From NCBI GenBank assembly GCA_951406725.2, contig OX597827.1, forward strand, positions 81,034,001 to 81,098,000: DNA of 64,000 bases, in the 5' to 3' direction. The DNA comes from Octopus vulgaris (lineage: Eukaryota). The translations under genes and the position numbers were made by a program. Positions 39,571 to 51,779 of this stretch are shown here, piece by piece. The first letter of the stretch is position 1; each line of letters starts with the position of its first letter. Below the pieces are notes generated by a model. It ran no database searches and was not told the origin of the DNA. It saw nothing but the letters and a program-made list of their open reading frames with translations.

Positions 39571-40599
39571 TTCCTGTGATATGTGTCAACTTTCTCTTCA
39601 AAGACGGAACTAAGAACTTCTTTCATCTTTTACTAAGAATATTCCTTGATTCTTCAAATAGGGAACTACGAATTGCTATTGTCTTTCCCTAAGGATTTCT
39701 TTAATTCTCTAACCACCCTTATCTTTCACTGAGTATGTTCTTTAATTCTTCGATGAACTGGTAATCCACTAATATCCTTTATCAAAGATATTCCTTAATT
39801 CTTTCTCTCCAAAGACGGAACAGTTGGCTCACATGGAAAGCTTTGCTCAATGACATATGATCCCTATGCTCAGCTATTCTAGAAACAACCCTAAGAAACT
39901 TTACGTATAATTTCTTGATCCGTTATTTGCTATAAATACTCTGCAATTATGCTTGAATTATAAATTACATGCTCTGAAGTGATCCCACATGTTTTACTCG
40001 TCCATCTCTCTTTCTGATACATAAAGTCATCCCATAAGTAACATCCAAATTTTGGGTAAGGGAGAAAAGTGATCTAATTTTACATTTCATTTAAATTTAA
40101 TCCCGTTTATAATTCCCATCATAATCGATGACTTCCTTCTGTCTACTCATCAGGTTTTTAATTCCGTTGGTGAAAAGAAGGAAGAGAAGTCAGTTTCAAT
40201 CTCTTTGGGGCTTTTGAGTACTAATTTTTCTATAAATGATTCTGTAAACTTTGAAACACATGGTAATCAGAATGATGTTTTCTGATGTAATTTTTGCAGA
40301 ATATATATATTATTCAATGAAATTCCAACAATGAATTTCCAATTGACAACAGTTGTCAACTGTGGAACACGTCTGTTCCTACATAAATCTGAGGACTGCA
40401 TAACGCATGAAAGAACTAGTTTATTTCAATATTGTAAAATTGTAAAAGTCGCAGATAATGAAATGTGAAAATCAGACTGATGGAATTTCATTGATTGATT
40501 TATTGTTCTATCCACAATCATACAAACTCTGATATGTGTGCATGTATGACCGCAGTCAAATGACTGAAACAAGTAAAATAATAAAAGGATATATATATA

Positions 40600-40910
40600 T
40601 CATCATCATCATCATCATCATCGTTTAACGTCCATTGTCCATACTGGCATGGGTTGGATGGTTTGAGCAGGGCTGGAAAGCTGGAAGGCTGCACCAGACT
40701 CCAGTCTGATCTGTCAGTGTTTCTACAGCTGGATGCCCTTCTTAACGCCAACCACTGCATGAGTGTAGTGGGTGCTTTTTACGTGCCACTGGCACAGGGG
40801 CCAGGGAGGCTGGCAACGGCCATGATTGGTTGGTGTTTTTTACATACCACTGGCACAGAAGTCAGTCAGGCAGTGCTGGCATCGGCCATGTTCCGAACTG
40901 TGGCCATTGT
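40600..40910 (-). mobile_element. RTE 3'-UTR truncated copy
   Basis: (CAT)nCGTTTAACGTCC...CAGCTGGATGCCCTTC.TAACGCCAACCAC; abuts (TA)n and a SINE A tail fragment at 40548-40590. Confidence 0.88.
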
Positions 40911-40919
40911 AATGAAGCT

Positions 40920-42139
40920 AAAGCATGCAGAGTGAAGGCGCTTGGCACAGATTGACCTTAAACTCTGCTGTGGCTGTGCACTAACTCTTAACGTTCTGTT
41001 TACAGCAGTGCTTGGAAGGAAGATGTGTAGCGTGTGATCGTTGAGTTGACCATGACAGAGAAAGCTGAGCAGAGAATCTGCATCAAATTTTGCCAAAAGC
41101 TTGACGATACCTGCTCAGACGCCTACACAAAGTTGCAGAAAGTGTATGAAGAGGAGTGTATGAGCTGCACACAAGTTCAGACGTTTCCAAGATGGCCAAA
41201 AAAATGTTGATACTGATGAATATTCTGGGAGACACACAACCAGCAGAACTGAGGAAAACATTGCAGATGTGTGTGTAGCTGTGAGGGGAAATCGAATTAC
41301 CATCCATGAGTTATCAGAGGATGTGCAGATTAGTTAGAGTTCAGTTCAGTCCATTATCACTGAAGATTTGAGTAAAAGACGTGTGTCTACCAAGTTTGTG
41401 CCAAAACTGCTTTCAGTTGACCAAAAAGACACAAGGGTTTAAGTTGCACAAGATCTGCTTGATTGTGTTGGGAACAATGAAAACTTTTTGAAAAAGGTTA
41501 TAATGGTTGATGAATCATGGGTCTATGGTTATGACCCCGAAACACAGGTTCAGACTTGGCAGTGGAAGACCCCAATCTCTCCAAGACCGGAGCAATGTGA
41601 AGACACTGTTAACCATTTTCTTCAGCTACAAGGGGTTTGTTCATCAAGAGTATGTTCCACCTGGTCAGACAGTAAACAAGGAGTTCTACTGTGATGTTTT
41701 GTGGCGTTTGCGGGATGCTGTTTGTCGGAAAAGGCCACAACTGCAGGTGTTCGGTGAGTAGCAATTGCACCATAACAATGCACCTGCCCATTCAGTGCAG
41801 CTCGTGCAGTAGTTTTTGGCTAGGCACAACATTCCCCAGGACTGACAACTACCATATTCCCCAGATCTCGCCCCTTGCGACATTATCTTCTTTCCAAAAA
41901 GTCAAATACCACTTGAAAGGAAGATTTCAGGACCTCAAGGAAATCAAAGTGAATGCAACATGGCAGCTGTTGATTATCCCAGAAAAAGAGTTCTAGGAAT
42001 GCTTCCATCAATGGAAACAGCGCTGGATTAAGTGTGTGACTTTCAAAGGGGACTTCTTTGAAGGAGATTAAATACCAAATTGGTATGTGTTGTAGTTTTG
42101 TATTTATAGCATTAGTCTGGATACTTATAGATCAGCCCT

Positions 42140-42140
<1 letters not shown>
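40920..42140 (+). mobile_element. Near-complete but decayed mariner transposon (transposase pseudogene ~41052-42071)
   Basis: EQRICIKFC, KFVPKLLS, VIMVDESWVYGYDPET, EYVPPGQTVN, LHHNNAPAHS, PYSPDLAPCD, RWIKCV..KGDFFEGD*; frameshifts and stops; TIR-like 3' end ~42115-42140. Confidence 0.93.
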
Positions 42141-42203
<63 letters not shown>

Positions 42204-42238
42204 GAGAGTGAGAGAGAAAGACCAAAGTGTACGTAAGC

Positions 42239-42294
<56 letters not shown>

Positions 42295-42302
<8 letters not shown>

Positions 42303-42961
42303 CAAAATGGGACAAGAACACAAAACATCCGGATAGCTAGGTGATACAAAAAGGGACAACAAAACATCCAGATAGACAATACAAAGAAAACAAGGAGAGG
42401 TCATTCAAAGATTCCTTTCCTCAGTCAAGCACCAGATCATCCTGATTATACTTGATTATACTTGAGATTGCTCCAATCTGGCCAGCCCCAAGGAAAAACT
42501 AAGCTAAGAGCATTAGATTCCTTGGAAGAAAACAGCAAATGTATACAAAAACAAGGACGGAAAAAACGGACAATGTTACACAAATATAAATGCAAAAAAA
42601 AAAAATGCAATAAGAATAATAGGACATAACAACAGGTGTCTTTCGACTAAGGATGAATTGAATTAAGCTTGCACGTGTGGAAATGAAGCCTTACAGTAGA
42701 GATACAAAAATATCGCAAACACAGGGAAGAATATCGATATTGCACGGATGGCAGTCAGACCAAGAAAGAAAGAACAGGCTAGGCTGACTGGTGGTCACAT
42801 GGGAAGAGAGAGAAGTAGAAGCAGAGGGACAGAAGAATTAAGGAGGGGGTGGGAAAGAATGACAGGGACACAGTGAAGTGAAAAGTGGAGTGAAAAGTGG
42901 AGTGAAAGTGAGTAAGTGCCTTCTCTTCTTACTCACTTTCCCTCCACTTTTCACTTCACTG
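42295..42961 (-). mobile_element. PLE-like non-coding terminal region in (TA)n/(CT)n, ending in a fold-back
   Basis: Homology to 19358-19506; inverted repeat 42871-42916/42928-42961. Confidence 0.55.
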
Positions 42962-43439
42962 CGTTTCTATCGTTGGCCTACATATTGGCACCACCTAGGT
43001 GATATGCACCATGACGCAATGTATCGTTGCTCATATCAATTCCCAGTCACGTATTGTGTTTGACTCTGGGTTTGCTGCTTTTATTTTTTGATCCAAAGTA
43101 TCTTTGTTGTGGCATGTTAGCACAAACTGGCTGAGAGTGGAGGGCTTGGAATTTTTGGCATTAAATTGCAAGGCCATTTCTATATTGTATCTTGGATCTT
43201 TCTGTAGAAAATGAGCCTCAAGAACTTTCTCAACTGCTTCTGTTACATTCTTGTCATCGGCATTGCTAGTAAGAGCAGCTGCCTGTGTAACTTGATCCAG
43301 AAAGTGGAATGAGAAGAAAGAAAAGAAAATCAAGATCTTCGTTCCCTTTGTCTGTAGAAATCAATTAATCTACAGCTGTAGAATAATAAGACATAGAGGA
43401 GGCCAGAGTTTGTGAGATAGCTTCTCAATCCTGAAAAGT

Positions 43440-43920
43440 CCTTCAGTTCGATGAAAGAAATTTGTCCATGTGTTTGTATTCGCTATAAATTTCGTATCTG
43501 CAATTAAAGGTTGTGGTGGAATTCTTGGTTCTAAAAAGAATGTGCCATCTTTCAGCTATGCATAACTTGCATTTCATTGATCCATTTATATATGGCGTAG
43601 ATTTTTCCATGACTCTCTCCCTGATTGTGTGTGGTGTGCATTTGTTCTTCAGATCCCCTACATGGCTAGCCAACTGAGTGGCCTTATTTTGGTGATTTGC
43701 TTTTAAAATTGCCTTTGCATTAACCGATGTAATTTTTCATCTCAATTCTGTTGGAGTACTACTCTAACTTCGGTTTATAAACAAATGAGTTTATCGAACA
43801 AGCAGGCAAGTTTCAGGGTCTCGGCAATTACAACTGGGAGTGGGCTCTTGGTGTGAATTGCGAGTGATAATGTCCTTCATATTGGGGCAACAGCTCTATG
43901 AAACTGTGAATAGCTATCTC
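43440..43920 (-). mobile_element. Penelope-like element GIY-YIG endonuclease fragment
   Basis: LASHV.DLK....H.I...V.EK..PY.NGS.KCKLCIAERWHIL...N.R.EI.S.YKH..KF; upstream VSYSCCPNM and NCRDP.TCL linker. Confidence 0.8.
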
Positions 43921-44635
43921 CACAGACTTTAACCTCTTTTCTGTTATATTATACCAGCTACATTAATTATGCTTTCTACAGAAAAAGGGGACAAAGGTCT
44001 TGGCTTCTTACTTTTCTTTTCTTTCTTCTAGTTCCTAAAATTGTCTTCACATTTTTCTTCTAATTTTTTTTTCTCGTATTTTCTCACAGACCAGCGTCCT
44101 GGTTTTCTTATAGGTCTAACGGTAGGCACTGAGCCTGAAAGGTTGCTTGGGGAGACATGACACATTATATAAATCCGTCAAAGTATTATGTCTCTACAGC
44201 ATGACACTATTACTAGGTCTCTTTTAAGATTCTGTGTATGTGTGTGTGTATATATATATATATATCATCATCATCATCATCATCATAAACGATGATGATG
44301 ATGATGATGATGATGATATATATATATATATAAAGATAAAATTTACTTAGAAAAGGATGTGTGGCATTCAGTCATATAATAATATAAATATTATATATAT
44401 ATCCATACATACAAATGCATACGTACATATTTACATGTATATGTATATGTATGTGCATATGTGGGCACAGGACGTCACAAAACATAAACAACAAAAAATA
44501 CAAAGCATGAGGACATGGAATATGAACTTATTTTTGTGAGCAACGAAAGAAACAAACGGAAAACAAGACAAGCAACACAAAGAACGACCTTTCATCAGTT
44601 ACATACATACATACATACACATATATATATATATA

Positions 44636-45272
44636 TCATCTTTTAACGTCCACTTTCCCTGCTAGCATGGGTTGGACGATTTGACTGAGGTCTGGCAAAC
44701 CACATTCCAATCTGATCTGGCAGAGTTTCTACAGCTGGATGCCCTTCCTAACGCCAACCACTCCGAGAGTGTAGTGGGGGCTTTTACGTGCCACCAGCAT
44801 GAGGGCCAGTTTGGTGGTACTGGCAACGGCTGTGTCCAAATGGTGCTGTTTACGTGCCACCTGCACAGGAGCCAGTCCAGCGGCACTCGCTCAACTGTTT
44901 CACGTGCCACCAGCACAAGTGCTAGTAAGGCGATGCGGTAACAATCACGCTCGAATAGTATGCTTAACATGTCACCAGCACAAAGGCCAGCTTGTTGCTC
45001 TGGCAATGATCTCACTCGTATGGTACTCTTAGCTCTCCATTAGCAACGGATACCAGTCACCGAGTTTGATTTTGACTTTGATTTCACTTGCCTCAACTGG
45101 TCTTCACAAGCAGAGTTTAGTGTCCAATGAAGAAAAGGCACGCAGCATAAGTGGACTGGTTACCCCCTAGCATAGGCCACAAGGTTATGGTCACACTTGC
45201 GCTTGTCGAGTCTTCTGCAGCACAGCATATTTCCAGAGGTCCCGGTCACTAGTCATTGCCTCGGTGAGGCCC
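44636..45272 (-). mobile_element. RTE 3' end (GLTEAMTSDRDLWKYAVLQKTRQAQ plus UTR)
   Basis: Inverted homologue of 46232-46920. Confidence 0.9.
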
Positions 45273-45364
45273 ACACACACATGTATATATATATATGCGT
45301 ATATATATATATGTGTGTGTGTGTGTCTATATATAAGTATGTATGTGCATTAGTTATTTATCAT

Positions 45365-46920
45365 TGGATGGTCCTGGGAGCTCCTCTATGCTGATGACCT
45401 TGCTCTAATTGCTGAGTCACTAACAGAACTAGAGGAAAAGTTTCAGGTGTGGAAACAAGGATTAGAATCGAAGGGCCTTAGAGTCAACCTAGTTAAAACC
45501 AAAGTCCTAATAAGTAAGAAGGCAGACAAACCACAAATCCCTTCAGGCAGATGGCCCTGTTCAATCTGTAGAAGAGGCATAGGTAGAAACTCTATAAGAT
45601 GTACCCAGTGTAAGCTATGGACACATAAGAGGTGCAGCAATATCAAAGGAAGGTTAACTGGGAAGATAGTTCTTCTATGTGGCAGATGCTCAGGAACAAT
45701 AAACACTGAAAATGTGCAGAGAACAACTTCTGCCACATTCCAGGGAGAAAAACTAGAAGTAGTTGATAGCTTCCGTTACCTAGGTGACCAAGTCAGTAGC
45801 AGGGGTGGATGCTCTGAGAGTGTTGTTGTTGCTAGAATAAGAATAGCCTGAGCAAAGTTCAGATAGTTCTTACCTCTGTTGGTGACAAAGGGCATCTCAC
45901 TCAGAATAAAAACGTGTGTGAAAAGCCATGCTACATGCCAGTGAAACATGGGCCGTGACTGCTGAGGACATGCGTAAGCCTGCAAGGAACGAAGCGAGTA
46001 TGCTCTGCTGGATGTGTAATGTCAGTGCGCATACTCGACAGAGAAAGGTTGGACCTAAGAAGCATTAGATGTGGTGTGCAAGAGAGATGACTGCACTGGT
46101 ATGGTCATGTGTTGCAAATGAATGAGGATAGCTGTATGAAAAAGTGTCACATCCTATCAGTTGAAGGAACCTGTGGAAGAGGTAGACCCAGGAAAACCTG
46201 GGATGAGGTGGTGAAGCACGACCTTCAAACATTGGGCCATACCGAGGCAATAACTAGTGACTGGGTCCTTTGGAGATATGCTGTGCTTGAGAAGACCCGA
46301 CAAGCCAAGTGAGACCATAACCCATGGCCGATGCCAGTGGGTGTAACCAGCCCATTTATGAATACCCCTCATTCATTGGACAATAAACTTTGCTTGTGAA
46401 GACCTATTGAGGCAAGTGAAATCAAAATCAAAATTTCTGACATGGCCAATGGCAGAACTGCCTGATTGGCACTCATGCCAATGGAACGTTGAAAGCACAT
46501 CCGAGTGTGATTGTTGCCAGGGCCATGGATTGGCTCCCAAGCCGGTGACCCATGAAAAGCACCATTTGAATGTGATCACTGCCATCGTCGCCTTACTGGC
46601 ACATGTACTGGTGGCACGTGAAAAACAACATTTGAGCGTGGTTGTTGCCAGTGCTGCCAGACTGGCCCCCATGCAGGTAGCTCGTAAAAACACCTTTTGA
46701 GCGTGGACATTGCCAGAACTTCCTGACTAGCCCTTGTGCTGGTGGCACGTCAAAACACCCACTACACTCTTGGAATGGTTGGCGTTAGGAAGGGCATCCA
46801 GCTGTAGAAACATTGCCAGATCAGATTGAGCCTGGTGCAGCGTCTGGCTCACCAGTTCTCAGTTAAGCTATCCAACCCATGCCAGCATGGAAAACAGACA
46901 TTAAAAGACAATGATGATGA
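45365..46920 (+). mobile_element. RTE-clade LINE, 5'-truncated at RT motif C, with PHD insertion and modular 3' UTR
   Basis: WELLYADDLALIAES, GLRVNLVKTKV, LEVVDSFRYLGD, LHWYGHV, GRGRPRKTW; stop ~46312; UTR ends (GAT)n. Confidence 0.93.
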
Positions 46921-47533
46921 AAGTCAGACGTGTTTCCGTGTTTGTATTCCCAGTTTTTCTAATAAAATACTTTTTTTGTCAGCCAGATAATTGAAAACCA
47001 AAGCAACATCTTTTTTTTTCCAACATGGAGTAACTGTTTCTTCTACAGTTCCAACTTTAAAACTGTACATTTTTTCTAAGTCTCTTCAGTTATTTTAAGA
47101 TAATTTCCTGAGACTTTTAATTCTCCTCTAGTTTCCTATATTTCTGCAAATCTGTAAACCATTTCAGTATTTTATTTATACGCTTCTACCGTAATTCGTT
47201 GTCGAGTTTCTCATAATACTTATCCCCGATCAACTTTGACGTAATCATATTTACAGTGACATAATGTTTATTTCATTTACACACACACACACACACACAC
47301 ACATTTATAGATATAGATAGATAGATGGATAGATAAATAGATAGGTAGACAGATAGATAGGTAGATAGATAGATAGGTAGGTAGATAGATAGATAGGTAG
47401 ATAGATAGATAGGTAGATAGATAGAGATAGATAGATAGATAGACAGAGATAGATAGATAGGTAGGTAGATAGATAGATAGGTAGATAGATAGATAGAGAT
47501 AGATAGATAGATAGACAGAGATAGATAGATAGG

Positions 47534-47638
<105 letters not shown>

Positions 47639-48066
47639 GGATAGATAGATAGATGGATAGTGTCTGGCTGTCAGTTCCACTTTTCGATTACCGTGAAGAC
47701 TAAATAAAGAAGAAATGTGCAGGATATAAAAACACAAAGAGAAAATGAACGCGCAAGAAAAGAGAAATATTCTGGTATACAAATACGAAGACAAGCAGAC
47801 ATCTTTAAGAAAAGAGAGAAAATGTTGTAAAGATAATAAATAAAAAAAGCTGTTTTATTAGAAAAACAAGAAAACGATTTGAAAGTATTTATAAAAATGG
47901 TTTAAATGCGTGAAAAATATCGAAAGTTAAATACTAATATATTTTTTTCTGCCAAAAATATGTAACAAAATGAAAGGAAACAAAGGAAAGGAGGATAATC
48001 TGGCGATTTGGAAAATTCAACCAATTCCAACACGTACATGTGACCAATATTTCCATGTTTCCTGGT

Positions 48067-48079
48067 GTTGCTAGGCAAC
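48067..48079. promoter_or_regulatory. Candidate RFX X-box
   Basis: GTTGCTAGGCAAC near-palindrome matches GTNRCY-N0-3-RGYAAC; lies in a non-TE, CpG-retaining region (47180-48130). Confidence 0.45.
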
Positions 48080-48154
48080 AATGTGGGTGAATATTTATAT
48101 TACATGAAGCAGAACGAGATTTGTCTAGACGAGAAATTTACAGTTATTGTTACA

Positions 48155-48253
48155 AGAAAAAGAGGAAGAAGAAGAAGAAGGAGAAGGAGGAGAAGAAGAA
48201 GAAGAAGAAGAAGAAGAAGAAGAAGAAGAAGAGAAGAAGAAGAAGAAATAGAA

Positions 48254-48300
<47 letters not shown>

Positions 48301-48524
48301 AGGAGGAGGAGGAGGAGAAGAAGAAATAGAAGGAGGAGAAGAAGAAGTAGAAGAAGAAGAAGTAGAAGAAGAAAAGAAGAAGAAGAAAAGAAGAAGAAGA
48401 AGAAGAAATAGAAGAAGAAGGAGGAGGAGAAGAAGAAGAAATAGAAGAAGAAGGAGGAGGAGAAGAAGAAGAACAACAACAACAAGAAGAAGAAATAGAG
48501 GAAGAAGAAGAAGAAAAAGAGGAA

Positions 48525-48555
<31 letters not shown>

Positions 48556-48560
48556 CAAGT
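48155..48560 (+). repeat. (GAA)n/(GGA)n polypurine tract
   Basis: Direct observation; potential triplex (H-DNA) former. Confidence 0.95.
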
Positions 48561-48799
48561 AAGAAAAGTAAAACGATGTGCCTCGGAAACATCGAAATAC
48601 GAAGAAATCTAAGGAGAGAAAGGAAAAAAAAAAACATAAAAAGGGTCAAGCTCCCAGAAATATTGGAAATGCACAGAAACACAAACAGACACACACACAC
48701 ACATATATATATATACATAGATAGATAGACATATTACATACATACATATTTGTGTGTGTGTAAATATATATATATGTATAAATGCGTATACAATATATG

Positions 48800-50410
48800 C
48801 ACATTAAAGGGGCTGTCTGTCTCCTCGGCTCAGAAAGAGAGAAGGTCCCACATGGCAAGTTTATCGTGCGCCCTTCTACCTCTCTTTCAGTGACCAAATC
48901 ATCATCTCTGCCTCAGGGGCCCAACAGGGCAACCCACTCGGGCCCGCTCTGTTTGCACTGGGCATTGATGACATCTCCAAGATGGGGATTAAGCTAGACC
49001 TCAACGTCTGGGATCTCAACGATGCTTGTTTGGGGGGGACCCCTGGACAAGGTTCTCGCCCACCGTTGCAAACAAGATGGTTGAGGAGGAGCTTGGTCGT
49101 CAGGGTCTCCAAGTAAACAGCTCAAAATGTGAGCTTTCGATCCTCAACCACCCAGCTCCTCAACATCAGCAAACTATAGACCTATTTGCAGGGTCCTTCC
49201 CTTTCATTGCAGTCCCTTCTTCATTGGTTTGGTGCTCCTTAGGAGTCCCAGTTATTGATCTTGCCTTTGAGTCCATCTTCCAGTCGAAGGGGGCTGCCCT
49301 CAAGCATTTGCTGAAGAATATTGAAGCAATGGAACCCCATCAAGGTTTCTTCATACTTAGAAATTACCTTTTGATTCCTAAGCTTCTATATTTGTTCTGA
49401 ATCAGCTCCTCTCACCAATTCCCATCTTGCCTCCAACACTTCAACATCCTAATCTTTGAGAGACTCGAATACTTAGTCAATGTCAGGCTCCCTTCAATGT
49501 CCTGTGATCAGGCTGCATTGCCCAAGCAATCTGGGGGTCTTGGTCTTTGTAAGTGTTCATCCCTCTCTCTCCCTAGCTTCCTTTCCTCCACTCACGCCTG
49601 CTCCATCCTGTTGAGCAACATCTTCTCCCACCAGCATGGACCAGTCCCAATAAGGAGTTGGATGAAGCTCTCCAACACTGGAGGGTATTGGACTTGTCTG
49701 CACCTGAGAAGGTGGAGGACTACCAGAGTCAGAAATCCTGGGACAACATAATTTTGAAGTCCACCTTTGACTCCCTCTTCACCCAGTCAGACCAGTTTTC
49801 AAGGTGTCACTGTCTGCTAGCGCCAAGTACTCAAATGACTGGATTGATGCCATCCCTGCGGCTAACATTGGTGGCCTACTCAGCTTGGACGAACTTTGTG
49901 TCTCCATTGCCCTCAGAGTGGGAGCAGACGTATGCACAGGTTTGATCTGTCATTGTGGCAGGCTCCTCGACTCCACGGGCCTCTACAGCCTTTCTTGCCA
50001 CCTGAATGCTGGTCGCTTCGCACATCATGTGGAGTTGAACCTGATACTCAAAAGGAGCTTGGCCCAGGTAAACATCCCCTCCATCTTGGAACCATCTGGA
50101 TTGTCCAGATGTGATGGGAAGAGACCTGACTACCTCACCCTGTGCCCCTGATCGCAAGGCAGATGCCTTGTCTGGTATGTCACGTTTAGCGACTCCTTTG
50201 CGCCTTCTCATATCCTGGATGCTGCGGTCAGGGTGAGATCCACAGCTTCGGCAGCTGAGCAGAACAAAATCCTGAAGTACCACAACCTGTTGGCCAACTA
50301 CATTTTCCATCCTGTGATGTTCGAGATCTTTAGTGGGGTCGGACCACTGACCATGAGATTCTTGTCTTCACTGGCAGCTCACCTACTACTGGTGTGCCCC
50401 AATAGTCATT
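48800..50410 (+). mobile_element. CRE-clade-like non-LTR retrotransposon fragment (RT plus CCHC plus RLE), decayed
   Basis: GAQQGNPLGPALFAL, VWDLNDA (WYLDDG position), LP..SGGLGL, WIDAIP, ALRVG, CHCG..LDSTG..SLSC, HVELN, EPSGLSR.DGKRPD, LVW.VT..D..APS, AEQNK..KY. Confidence 0.88.
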
Positions 50411-50555
50411 AGAGAGGTTTCCCCAGCAACCCCAAATTTTCAACCTAAGGTGGTGAATTATTTTTAACTTTTTTTCTTCTCATTCTTATGTATATATTTA
50501 AGTCTAATATAATAAATTCGTTGGTAAAATCGTTAAAAAAAACCCAATTAAATAT

Positions 50556-50924
50556 GCGCAGGAGTGGCTGTGTGGTAAGTAGCTTGTTTACCAACCACAT
50601 GGTTCCGGGTTCAGTCCCACTGCATGGCACCTTGGGCAAGTGTCTTCTACTATAGCCTCGGGCCGACCAAAACCTTGTGAGTGGATTTGGTAGACGGAAA
50701 CTGAAAGAAGCCCGTCGTATATATGTATATATATATATGCGTGTGTGTGTTTGTGTGTCTGTGTTTGTCCCCTAGTGTTTATGTCCCCGTTACTTAGCGG
50801 TTCGGCAAAAGAGACCGATAGAATAAGTACTGGGCTTACAAAAGTTGCTCGACTAAAGGCGGTGCTCCAGCATGGCCGCAGTCAAATGACTGAAACAAGT
50901 AAAAGAGTAAAAAGAGAGAGAGAG
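50556..50924 (+). mobile_element. SINE family A
   Basis: GCGCAGGAGTGGCTGTGTGG start; two small internal deletions relative to 25457. Confidence 0.92.
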
Positions 50925-51269
50925 TATGCATCGGCCAAAGTTAAGCCCAGGCATTGTCTAACTTAATAGCACCACCTGACAGAATCTGTTAAGTCATTTT
51001 TAAGTCATGCTGTGTGGTATCAAAGTCCCTTCAAGTTGGAAGTTGTTAGCTGGGATGTATCCAGGTATAGATGTACCAGGCTTATCTGGTGTCCCTGGAA
51101 GGAATTTGTCCAGGTTTCATTTGAAGGTGATGGGAACATTTTCTTCCTTGATTTGTTTTGGAATAAGGTTAAATAGAGCAGGGCCTGTTGAGGAAAAGAA
51201 ACTGTGTTACCCTGTATTTATGTGTTGTTAGCCTGAATTTTGCAGGGAAAGATTAAGGTGTTGCTCTTA

Positions 51270-51465
51270 CGGTCATAATGTTGTCCTTCCTAATTCCTGG
51301 ACTGGATGATGTGTTGAACAAAGCACTTCACTTCAAACCAGTCCAGTCTACTTAGTTGTAAATGAGTGACTCTGTGACAGACTGGTGCCCTGTTCAGGGG
51401 AAATATTGTTATCTCGGTCACTTATACACTATGGAAAATGGGTCCTAGGATTCGGAACAGTAACA
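51270..51465 (+). mobile_element. Decayed SINE family D-like insertion within the CR1 copy
   Basis: AATTCCTGGAC...TTGAACAAAGCACTTCA...GTAAATGAGT...CTGTGACAGACTGG; similar to 59115-59250. Confidence 0.5.
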
Positions 51466-51779
51466 TCTAAGGGTTGACAATGATGTATGGCATGGGGCTC
51501 TCAATTATGAACTTGATGTTAATGTCATTTGGACAATAATGATGGTATGTTCTCTGTATTGTGCTCAGGCAACGGAGAGGATAAAGTTTCAGTGTTTTAA
51601 GGTCGTCCAAATAATGAAAATCAGTCGTGTCTTTTATATTTTGAATGATGATTGTCTGGGGTGACTCGATTCTTGTCATGTTTTGTTTGGGTATTCTAGG
51701 TATGGCTGTACAAAGGAGGGGAAAAGTGGGGGGATAATGATGTCTGGCTTTCTGATCTGGAAAGTTCTGAGAACCCAGG

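Noticed and set aside
45391-45397. CTGATGA as a hammerhead core
   Set aside because: It is the coding sequence of the RT YADD motif.
46440-46760. RTE UTR modules as a CRISPR-like repeat-spacer array
   Set aside because: Whole units are homologous along their length; these are diverged tandem repeats without unique spacers.
48065-48718. Arg/Glu/Lys-rich 165-aa ORF and antisense poly-Leu/Ser/Phe ORFs
   Set aside because: Translation of the (GAA)n tract.
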